Assembly: GCF_018977255.1 (NCBI RefSeq)
Contig: NW_024705565.1
Location: forward strand, 1 to 34,341
Source: Callorhinchus milii
Lineage: Eukaryota
Direction: 5' to 3'
DNA length: 34,341 nucleotides
Positions within the stretch are counted from its first letter, which is position 1, and every line of letters starts with the position of its first letter. Positions 9,090 through 18,699 of the stretch are shown here, one piece after another. Below the pieces are notes generated by a model. That model was not told where the DNA came from. It made no database searches and saw nothing but the letters and a program-made list of their open reading frames with translations. Made by a program: the position numbers and the translations under genes.

Positions 9090-12000
9090 TGAAGTATATG
9101 AGATATATGTGTGTGTGAGTGCGTGTGTGTTAGTGGGTATGTGAGTGTGTGGGAGGGCGAGTATGTGTTTGTTTGAGCGTGTGCTTGTGAGTGTGTGCGT
9201 GGGGGGTATGTGTGAGAAGGTATGAGGGTGTGTGTGCGGATGCTTGTGTGTGACGGATTGTGATATTTGTTGTATGAGGGTGTGTATGAGATTGTGTGTG
9301 AGGGTTTGTGTGAGTGGTTGCAGTAGGGTGTTTGTGATGTTGTTTGCGTGAGCGCGTGTGAGGGTGTTTGTGAGGTTGTGTGTGATGGTTGTGTTTGTGA
9401 GTGTGTGTGAGGGTGTGTTTGAGGGTATGTGTTTGATGGTGTGTGTGAGGGTACGTGTGAGGGTGTGTGAGGTGTGTGAGTGAGTGGGGGTGTGAGAGGA
9501 TGTGTGCGAAATTGTGTGTGAGTGTGGTTGTAAGCCTTGTTGTATGAGTGTGTGTATGAGGGTATATACGAGCGTGTGTTTGAGGGGGTGGGAGAGATAA
9601 TGTGTGTGACGGCTCTTTGTGAACGTGTGTGTGAGCGTGAGGGTGTGTGAGGGTGTGTGAATTTGTATGTTTGAGTCGTGTGTGTGAGGATGTGTATGAT
9701 GGTGCGTGTGAGGTTGTGAGTGAGGGTGTGTGTGAGTGTGTGTGTGTGAGTGTTTGTGAGCTTGTGTGTGGTTGAGGTGTATGTGTGATGGTGTGTGAGG
9801 GTGAGCGGCTCTGTGTGCGGTTGTTTGTGTGTATGTGAGTGTGTAAAGGGGGGGTGATTGTGTGTGAAGTGGTGTGAGAGTGTTGCGTGCGTGGTGTTGT
9901 GTGAGAATTTGTGTGAGGGTCTGTCTGTTTGTGTGTGAGTGGTTGCGTGAGGGTGTGCGTGAGGGTGTTTGTGTTGGTGTGTATGAGGGGTTGTGTGAAG
10001 GTGTGGTTGCAAGGGTTTGTGTGAATGGGTGTGTGAAGCGTGTGTGTGGGTGTGTGTGACGGATGATATATGTCAGGATCTGAGTGAGGTTGTGTGTGAG
10101 GGTGTGTGTGAAGATGCGTGAGTGGGGCTGTGTGACGGTGCGTCATGGTGTGTGTGTCCGGGTCTGTGTGAGGGTGTCTGCGTGAAGGTGTGTGTGAGGG
10201 CTTCTGTCAGGGGGTGTGTGAGTGTGTGTGTGAGATTCTGTGTGAGTGTGTGTGTGAGTGTGTGTATGAGTGTGTGTGAGCGTCTGTGTGATGGTGTGTA
10301 TCAGTTTCCGTGCGAGGGTGTGTGTCTGGGTATGTGTAAGGGTGTGTGTCAGGATGTTTATGTGAGGGTGTGTGTGGGGCTGTTTGAGGCAGTGTGTGTG
10401 GGTCTGTGAGAGTGTGTGTGTGAGGGTGTGTTAGATTGTGTGTGTGTGTGTGGGAGGAATTTTGTGAGCGTGTACATGATGGTGTGTGAGGGGTGAGAAG
10501 ATTGACATTGTGACCCTCACTGAAAGCTGGATCAGCCCAGGTGACACCTTACCCCTCACTGAGGCCACACCACCCGCTACACCTACCACCATGTCCCCCG
10601 TCCCAACCGTCATGGTGGTGGGGTGACCCTCATTTCAAGGTTGTCACTTGCCCTGTCCCCCTACTCCACTGGCTCATTCCGCACATTCGTTCACCTTACC
10701 CTCTGCAATGTCTCCCACCTCTCTCTAAAAACCCTCGTAATTAACTGCCCCAAAAACCTAGTCCCATCCTTCATCTCTGACATCTCCACCCTCTCGCCTC
10801 CCTCTGCCTCTGCTCCGAACCCCTCATCCTCGGCCAGTTCAACATCCACTTCACACCCTCCTGCTCCACCGCCTCAGACTTCTCTATTTTCCTGTATGAG
10901 GGAAGTGTGTGGGTGGTGTATGTATGTGAGGTATGTGCATAGGTGTGTAAGTGATGGGTGTGTGTGAGGTTTGTTTGAGTGATGTGTGTGAAGATATGTG
11001 TGAGGGTATTTGGTGTGCGAGGTGCGCATGTGAGGAATGTGTGTGTGAGTGGTCTGTGTGTGAGGGTTGTGTGTATGTGGTGTGTGTTTGAGTGTTGCGT
11101 ATGAGTGGTGTTTGTATCAGGTATGTGTATGTGAGGGGCGTATGTGTGAGAGCTATGTGTGTATGTGGCAGAAGTAATAATACCCATTGCATTTGATATA
11201 GTGCTTTTTACTTCTTCTCGACGTCTCAACGAGCTACAAGGAATAGAACGTAAAGTGAATTAACAGTATATTTGTGGACGAATCGCGGCAGCCATTTGCG
11301 CACAGCAATGTCCCACAAACAGACTTGGAAGGAAAAGAACAATTTATTATTTGTTTTCATTTTGGAGTGATTATTGTCAGTCGTTTGGTGTAAGGAAACT
11401 TGTCCAAGGTTTCACCTTGCGTGGAATTGAAGCCTGATGTCGATGGTACGAGCGGTTAGAGAACTCGCTTTGCAAGCGAGAGACCTGAGTTCAATTCCAG
11501 GCAGAGGGCGAAACGTTGGGCAAGTTTCCTTACTCCACACAGAGCCTAATAATAATCCCTCCAAAACAATAAACAATAATAAATTGGTCATCTTCAATCC
11601 ATGACTGTTTGTGGGACATTGCTGTGCGCAATTGGCTGCTGCGTTCGCCCACAAATATACAGTCAATTCACTTTACAGTGTGTTCTGTGAAACGCTTTGG
11701 CGTTTCTCGTGAAAAGCGCTGTATCAAATGTAAAGATAAAAGATTAAAAGTAAGTGTCTCGCTTGCTGGGTGAGCACTCTGAACACTGAACTACAGGAAT
11801 CCGTGAGGTGTGTGTGAGAGTGTGCATGTCTGAGGTGCGTGTGCTTGGTCTGTGTGAGGGGTACTTTTGAGGTGTGTGGGGGTGAGGGCGTGTATGAAGG
11901 GTGTGTTTGAGGGTGTGTGTGTTTATATGTGTGTGTGAGAGAGGAGAGTGTATGTGTTGGGATCCATGTAAATGTGAAGCTGTTGACACGGCTTCAGGAT

Positions 12001-14198
12001 GAGAATGGGAGACATTTACCTGGGCTGATGCCGTGTATCATCTGTCTCCAGGCTGTGTACTGTATAGGCCCTTTGTATATCCCCACAGGCAGCTCATCCT
12101 CACACACCGACAGATCAAACCCCTCGTTACTGATCCTGAAATAAGACAAAATCACATTATAAAGTGAAACTGCACCTTGAGTTTGGATTGTGGGTTCAAT
12201 TCTGGGATATTTGGTAAAGATCATTTCATACCTTGTGTTGCCAGCAGCTTCCTCCTAATGAAATCAAACACAGACAGATGTCAGCCCACACTGAGACGCG
12301 ACATGATAAACTCAGTCACCCATCATAGAATTCCGCATCACACAGTTTACTTTCATATTTACAGCAACGTTTCTCACTCAAACGACACGGCTTCCGGATA
12401 CAAAGCAACAAGAAAGTGGTGGGCCAGATCTGCTCCACGAAAACCCAAGTTACCTTCTTGTATGTGGTGCAAGGGAAAGGGTGTGTGGTACTCAGGGTCT
12501 CCTCGAAGCTGAACTGGCCCATAGGTGGCAAGCATGGTAATGAAATATGGGAATGAAGCCAGGCCTCTTAGATGGTCTATAGCCATATTATCCCAGGGTA
12601 CTCAGTGCTGATGGCAGCACAGCCCGGCCTGGCTCATCGGAAGGACCAGGGAGGGCCGACAACTTACTGGGGGATGGAAATCCTCCCATTCAGTTCCTGT
12701 TAATCCGACAGCGAAATCCCCAACTGGAGGGTATGTGGATTTAGATGGTTAGACTCCAGCAGTTACCGAACACAAAAAGCGGGCTCCCCCTAAATCTTTG
12801 TTCTGGACAACCTCGGGCTTAATCATTACAGAATGAGGTAAATAGGATTTGAGCTTTCGGATAGAGAGAGCTCATACCATCTCAACCGTTTATCTCTGGG
12901 ATTTTCATGCGTGGGTGGAATTCTCAGTGTGGTTTGGATAAACTGAATGACGTTGATGGGTTTCCACATGTATTGTACACACGGCTCACCAAAACAATCA
13001 TTACACTCACAGTGCGACCTGCTTAAAAACACACACCAGAATATAACAGACAATTCATCACTGATCTGTGTAACAGTCAGATTGTGATTGTCTGCCCCAG
13101 ACTGTGTGTAACTGTGACTGAACTACATTATAAGGTCAACTCTTTACCTGCAGGAAGGTGAGATCCTCTTTTTTCATCTGCGTCTGTAACTCGGAGAGCT
13201 CTTGTTGAGTAGAATCCAATTTGCCCTGAATCTCTCGCAGATTTATCTCCATTCGTTTTAAAATCTCCTCCTCTCGCTGTCTGAGATCTCGCATCACTCG
13301 CTGCTCTATGTCAGTCAGACTCTGGTGCATTTTAGCAAACTCAGCCGTGACTTGGGTCTCCACACTCTTCACCTTTTCCTGCAAATGTCAGACATCAAAT
13401 TATTTCACACAGTAAACAGAGACACTGAGCCACCAAATCGTATACACACAGTGATCAGAGACACTGAGACATCAAACCGTGTACACACAGTAACCAGAGA
13501 TACTGAGACACCACACCGTGTACACACAGTAACCAGAGACACTGAGATATCACAACGTGTACACACAGTATATTGAGAAACTGAGATATCAGTTGTTAAA
13601 TCTCACCTTCAGTTGTGAAATCTTTTCTCTCTGTTTGGCTTCAGCTTTTAGAGCAGTTTCCTTCCTCTGTGTGAGAGAATCTAAGACGTGTTTCACTTTA
13701 TCCTGGAATAAATACACAGAATTAAAGTGTTTGTGTGTGAAAATATCAAGCCGAATAGATATACTCCCTCTTCAGGTATATTCTTACCTTGTAGAATTGA
13801 ACAGCTTCCTCAATGGGGAGGAAACTGTGACCTCTGTGTTCCTGCCCATGACTGCAAACTACACACAGCAATTTCATGTCAGATTCACAGAACAGCTTCA
13901 GTTGCTCCCGGTGTTTCTCACAGTGAAGTTTATTTTCCGTCTGTGTCGGGGTCAGGCCCAATTTTCGTGCTTTCTCTGCTAGACTCGCCAAGGCCCAACT
14001 GGCTGTGAGGTTCTTTTCTGGAAATGTCTCCTGACAAACAGCGCAGCAGTTGTTCTCCTGCTTTTCCCAGCTCCGGGTGACACAGGAGCGACAGAAGTTG
14101 TGGCCACAGCCCAGGCTAACAGGATCAGTGAAGAAATCCAGACAAACCGGGCAAATGATCTCCTCGGTCCAGATCTCAGCCGGGAGTCCAGAAGCCAT
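8341..14198 (-). CDS. Complete class IV TRIM E3 ligase gene (TRIM39/TRIM69/nuclear factor 7-like), 6 coding exons, 473 aa
   Basis: Exons of 411+96+231+23+116+545 nt sum to 1422 nt with all GT-AG introns and consistent phases; this exon-size pattern is typical of B30.2 TRIMs. Confidence 0.92.
8995..10490. repeat. Degenerate (TG)n/(TGTGAG)n low-complexity array in TRIM intron 5; further tracts at ~10890-11165 and ~11800-11960
   Basis: Seen directly; explains the His/Thr-rich and Val/Cys-rich spurious ORFs. Confidence 0.95.
10495..10885 (+). mobile_element. L2 LINE endonuclease-region fragment
   Basis: Colinear with 31820-32200 (e.g. gccacaccacc..gctacacctaccacca; catctctgacatctccacc). Confidence 0.8.
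11175..11441 (-). mobile_element. Deu-domain tRNA-SINE, 5'-truncated
   Basis: Reverse complement of the family seen at 11447, 18838 and 29154 (cggcagccatttgcgcacagcaatgtcccacaaacag). Confidence 0.85.
11447..11746 (+). mobile_element. Deu-domain tRNA-derived SINE
   Basis: tRNA-like head (ggttagagaactcgctttgcaagcgag...gttcaattcc), Deu-type core gtttgtgggacattgctgtgcgcaattggctgc, tail gtgaaaagcgctgtatcaaatg. Confidence 0.9.
12020..12135 (-). CDS. TRIM coding exon 5 (116 nt)
   Basis: tttcag|GATC ... CCCAG|gtaaat; encodes [38 protein letters not shown]. Confidence 0.9.
12232..12254 (-). CDS. TRIM coding exon 4 (23-nt microexon)
   Basis: cattag|GAGGAAGCTGCTGGCAACACAAG|gtatga; required to keep the frame between exons 3 and 5. 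Confidence 0.85.
13148..13378 (-). CDS. TRIM coding exon 3 (coiled coil, 231 nt)
   Basis: tttgcag|GAAAAG ... CTGCAG|gtaaag; encodes [21 protein letters not shown]...DLTFLQ. Confidence 0.93.
13405..13590. repeat. 39-bp tandem repeat (~4.7 copies) filling most of TRIM intron 2
   Basis: Unit approximately acacacagtaaccagagacactgagacaccaaaccgtgt. Confidence 0.9.
13607..13702 (-). CDS. TRIM coding exon 2 (96 nt)
   Basis: ttccag|GATAAA ... CTGAAG|gtgaga; encodes [32 protein letters not shown]. Confidence 0.9.
13788..14198 (-). CDS. TRIM coding exon 1 (RING and B-box 2, 411 nt)
   Basis: aaaATGG start; C3HC4 RING CPVC...CGHNFCRSC...CAVC; B-box CEKH...FCESD...CVVC...HRGH; donor AAG|gtaaga. Confidence 0.95.
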
Positions 14199-14210
14199 TT
14201 TGTACCTCAG

Positions 14211-14288
14211 CACTTCCTGATTGAAACTGGTTTCGGTTTCGGTGTGAGTGTGTAGGCGGATCCCAGTCACTGAGCTGCCAAATCCAAT
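14211..14288 (-). promoter_or_regulatory. TRIM proximal promoter: ISRE/IRF site, ETS-like GGAAGT and CCAAT
   Basis: GGTTTCGGTTTC at 14229-14240 (GAAACCGAAAC on -), CAGGAAGTG at 14211-14219 (-), CCAAT at 14284-14288. Confidence 0.65.
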
Positions 14289-14329
14289 CATTTTGTCCCC
14301 TCTTGTGAAATCAGCTTAATGTGACTTTG

Positions 14330-14960
14330 ATCCCAAGAGAAGATGAGAGAGCCTTGTACAGTGACAAGGACACCCGAGCAAGGAAGGCTTTGGACTGTGT
14401 GGAAGCGTAGTGTGCATGTTGGGGTGGGGATGGGGGGAAGGGTGGGAGTATGACAAAAAGCGCCATCAATTGGATTAGTTTGAGGCTCTGAGACAGACCT
14501 AATATCTCTGAGATGGTTTTCCGGAGTGCGGGGTGTACAATGGCTGAAATCTCACACAGTGAGGCGGATATTGGGTTGGTTTGGGGGTGATATGAAGCTG
14601 CCGGCGTTTTTTGAGTGAATGCTGTGGCCGGGTCAGTTGTGTTGAAGGAGGTGGCGGACGAATGGCCGTGTAAGGCAATGAGGGCTTTTGAAATTGAAGG
14701 CATGGTCGACGACAAAGACCTTCAGACGGGACTTGAAGGATGTGAGGCAGAGGAAATGCGGGTAGAGTTGGAGAGTGTGGGGACAGAGATGCTGAATGAC
14801 TGACCTCCAAGGGAATTGCGGGCGAAATAAAAAAGGCCGGTGTCTGCGAGTGGAGGGAGCAGACTTTCTGATATGCTTTTAAGAAGTAAAAGAAGTAGGG
14901 GGGAATAAGACCATGGAGGTGCCTTGAATGAAGGACAAGGCTGTTCTTTGAGCAACTGGG
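14330..14960 (-). mobile_element. Degenerate L2 LINE ORF2 relic with internal deletion
   Basis: Reverse complement resembles parts of the L2 at 32600-32950 and 34050-34130. Confidence 0.6.
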
Positions 14961-17338
14961 CTGGTATCTATGTAACTGGCCATATCTCTCTATTAATGCC
15001 TGGTCTCTATATAACTCACCATGGGTCTGCATGACAGGCTTGATCTCTGCATAACGGGCCTGGTCTGTTTATAACAGGTCTGTTCTCTGTATAACAAGCC
15101 TGGTTTCTTTATAACAGCTTGGATTCTGTATAACTGACCAGGGCTCTTTATAACAGTTCTGGTCTCTGTAGGAAATCTTTGCACAGTGTACAACTGGCTT
15201 CATGTCTGTGCAGCATCACTGTTCTCTGTTAAAAAGCTCTGGTCTCTGCATAATAGACTTGGTCTCTGTAAAATTGGCCGAGTCTCTGCAAACCAGGCCT
15301 GGTCTCTTTATAATAGGTGTAGCATATGTATAACCGGCCTGATCTCTGTATAACAACCTTGTATATGTATATCGGCTTGGTTTTTGTATAAATGTCCTGG
15401 TGTCGTATAACAGGTCTGGTCTCTGTATAACCGGCCTGGCCTCAGTAAAACTGGCCTTGGCTCTACGTAACAAACCTGGTTTCTGTAGAACAGCACTGGT
15501 CTCCTTTTAACAGGCCTCGTATTTGTATCACAGCTTGAAGTCTGTATAATGGGCCTGGTCTCTGTATAACAGATCTGGTCTCTCTTTAATAGGCCAGGTC
15601 TCGCTATAAACTTCTGAACAAGGCTCGTGGAGCAGAAACTTTGACTCACTTTCGTTTCTCCATAGATGCTGCCTCACCTGCTGAGTTTTCCCAGCTATCT
15701 CTGTACTTATTTCAGATTTCAGCATCTGCAGTATTTTGTGTTTTGCTCGCTATAACTTCTTGGTCTGTATACAAGAGGCCTGATCTCTATGTAACAGCCT
15801 GTTCTCTGTATAACAAGTCTTATCTCTGCAAAGCTTCCTGGTCTCTGTATGAAATGACTGATTCCTGTATAAATTGTGTGGTTTCTGTGTAACTGGTCTG
15901 GTCTCTTTATAGCAATTCTGGACTCTGTACGGTCTCTGTATAACTAGACTCGTCTCTGTATAACAGCTGGTCTGTGTAGAACTGTCCGGTCCTCTGTATA
16001 GGAGGCCGTGTCTCCGTATAATTGGCCTCATATCTGTGAAAACGCTTGATCTCTGTATAACAGGCCTTGTTTATCAACAAAAGGCCTAGTTTCTGTATGA
16101 GGTGTCTGGTCTCTATAAAAGAGCACTGGTCGCCATATAATAGTATGTCTGCTATCTGTGTAACATCCTGGTCCCTGTATAACAGGATTAGTCTGTACAT
16201 AAAATGCCGCGTCTCTCAATAACAGCACTGGTACATGTACAGCAGCACTGTTCTCTGCATAACGGAACTGGTCTATCAATAATAGCCTAGTCTTTGCGTA
16301 ACATGACTGGACTATTTATAATAGGCCTGGTTTCTGTATCACAGCTGGTCTCTGCACATCAGGCTTCGAATACATATAAAAGACCTGGTCTTTTTATTAG
16401 AGATCTCGTCTCTTTTCACGAGAACTGGTCTAAATATAACAGCCTAGATCCTATGCAACCAGCGTAGTCTATGTATAATATTCATGTGCCCTCTATAACA
16501 GTCTCGTCTCTGTAAAACAATCCTTGTGAATGTATAATAGACCTGCTTTCTGTATAATAGCCTCCTCTCTGTATTATCGGCCTAATCTATGTATAATAGG
16601 TATATTCTATGTATTACAGGCCAAGTGTATGTGTAAAAGGTTTGCTGTCTGTATAACAGCACTGGTATGTGTACAACAGGACCCGTTTCTTTGCAACAGC
16701 ACTGTTCTGTGTAAAATAGACCTTGTCTATCAATAGCAGCCTAGTATTTACACAACATGCCTGGTCTGTATATAAGCGACCTGGTTCCTGTGTCGCATTC
16801 TGGCCTCTGTATAACAGTCCTGGTGTCTGCATAACAGGCTTTGACTGCGTATAAAAGGCCTCGTCTCCGTTTAAGAGGCCTACTATCTTTGCAAGAGCAC
16901 TGGTTTACATATAACAGCCGAGACCCTATATAATAGCCTAGACTATGTATAATAGGCTTGTTCCCTGTAGAAAAAGGTTGTCTCTGTAAAACAGGCCTTG
17001 AATATGTATAGTAGGCCTGCATTCTATATAACAGCCCAAGTCTCTGTATAATCGGCCTAATCTATGTATAATAGGTCTATTCTATTTATAACAGTCGTTG
17101 TGTCTGTACAGCTGCCTGGTCTCTGTGTAAGAGGTCTAGTCTATGTATAACAATCCTGTTCTTTGTACAACAGCCAAGATCTGTGTAAAACAACCTGGTC
17201 TCTGTATAACAGGACTAGGTTTTGTGTAGCAGGCCAGGTCACTGTATAACAGACCTGGATTCTGTGCAACAGTCCGGGTTTCTGTGTAAAATATTGCTCT
17301 CTGTATAAATAGCCCAGTCTCTGTAAAACAGAAACCTG
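14960..17338. repeat. Degenerate ~19-20 bp minisatellite (consensus near ggcctggtctctgtataaca), ~2.4 kb
   Basis: Recurrent ctggtctctgtataacag throughout, interrupted at 15611-15746. Confidence 0.95.
15611..15746 (+). mobile_element. Penelope-like element terminal-repeat relic
   Basis: ctgaaca..gaaac..ctccatagatgctgcctcacctgctgagttttcccagc...tttcagatttcagcatctgcagt resembles, from memory, the abundant chondrichthyan Penelope-type terminal repeat. Confidence 0.6.
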
Positions 17339-17584
17339 GCAGCGGCAACAGAGACAGAGAGAGAGAGAATGAGAGAGAGAGAGTGGGAGAGAGAGAGAGA
17401 GATAGAAAGGTTTTACAAAGTGATGACAAATTTTCAAACGCTCAGATTTTATGATTATTTGTATTTATTGTTTATCGATTTTCTATTATCTATTATCTAT
17501 TATTGATTATTATTATCTCTTATTCAAAATCATTAAAAAGCCTGATAATAAATCCTAAGTAAAACAATAATAAAATTATTCGTT

Positions 17585-17742
17585 TCAACCCACGGCTGTT
17601 TGTGTGCGACAGTGCTGTGCGCAATTGGCTGCCGCGTTTTCCCACAAATACACAGTCAATTCACGAAACAGTTTAATCTGACGTCGAGAAGACGTGAAAA
17701 GCGCTGTATCAAAGGCAACGATTATTATTATTATTATTATTA
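17585..17742 (+). mobile_element. Deu-SINE 3' half with (ATT)n tail
   Basis: gctgtgcgcaattggctgccgcgttttcccacaaatacacagtcaattcac...gtgaaaagcgctgtatcaaag(att)n. Confidence 0.85.
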
Positions 17743-17840
17743 TCAAAGAGAGAGGACACGGCGGCCACTGGTCAGACACAGTCTCTCTCTGTCCCTCTCT
17801 CTCTGTGCCGTCACAATCACAGCCACAGCCTGCGGCACAG

Positions 17841-17931
17841 ACCCGGAAACTACAGCTCCCGGCATGCCTCACGGCTCAGAGCCCTCTGGTGACGGGGCCG
17901 GGCCGCGCGGGGCATCCTGGGAGCTGTAGTC
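17841..17931. promoter_or_regulatory. Inverted pair of ZNF143/THAP11-type ACTACAnnTCCC motifs in a CpG-rich patch
   Basis: ACTACAGCTCCCGGCATGCC at 17849-17868 (+) and ACTACAGCTCCCAGGATGCC at 17911-17930 (-). Confidence 0.7.
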
Positions 17932-18362
17932 AGTGTGAGAGACAGAGACACAGAGGCAAACACATGTCCACACAGTCTCTGTCTCTGTGTCTCTGTGTCT
18001 GTCTCTCTCACTGACTGAGTTGGGGAATGAGGGACATGTCCTGACTCTCTGGTGTTGATCTGCAGTGTTTGTGCTGGTGTCAGAGGAGGAGAGATTCAGG
18101 GGCAGCTCACACACACACACTGTCTATCTCTGTCTATGACACACACACTGTCCCTCTCTGTCTCACGCACACATTCTCTCTGACTCTCACACTCAGAGTC
18201 TCTATCTCAAACACATATATTCTCTCTGTCTCTCTCACACGCACAGTTTGTTTCTGTCTCTCGCACACAGAGTCTCTCTCTGTCTCTCACAAAGAGTCAG
18301 CAACAACAACAATAACAATTTAGATTTTAATAGCGCCTCACACGCCAGACGGCGTTTATGCA

Positions 18363-18557
18363 GTCCTGTACTTCAGTGGTTAGAGCACTCGCTTTGCAAG
18401 TGAGAGACCTGAGTTCAGTTGAATTCCAGGCAGAGGGCGAAACCTTGGGCAAGTTTCCTTAGTGCACACACCTGATAATAATCCCTCCAAAACCAAAAAC
18501 AAAACAATAATGAATTGGTCATTTTCAATCTACGACTGTTTGTGGGACATTGCTGTG
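18363..18557 (+). mobile_element. Deu-domain tRNA-SINE, 3'-truncated
   Basis: gtcctgtacttcagtggttagagcactcgctttgcaagtgag..., ending inside the Deu core. Confidence 0.88.
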
Positions 18558-18699
18558 TTGGACGAGCTGGATCCTATGACTGGTGGAACTGGGGAAATCG
18601 GCAAACACTGTATTTGAGAAGTCCTGTTGGGCGGTGAAGAATGCATGGTCGAGTGGTCAACAAAAGCGATTCAGGATATGGAGGATAGTACAAAAACAG

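Noticed and set aside
8981..10146. Long His/Thr-rich ORFs (343 and 338 aa)
   Set aside because: Translations of (CA)n-like low-complexity intron sequence
10501..10546. atcagcccaggtgac, resembling the end of TRIM exon 5
   Set aside because: It is on the opposite strand and is part of an L2 endonuclease fragment
13405..13590. CACAGTG/CACAGTA heptamers (RAG RSS-like), or a CRISPR-like regular repeat
   Set aside because: No nonamer at 12/23 spacing, no unique spacers and no cas genes; it is an ordinary VNTR in a eukaryote
14960..17338. Repeat array as a CRISPR-like array or a repeat-protein gene
   Set aside because: Contiguous degenerate units without spacers, and stops in all frames
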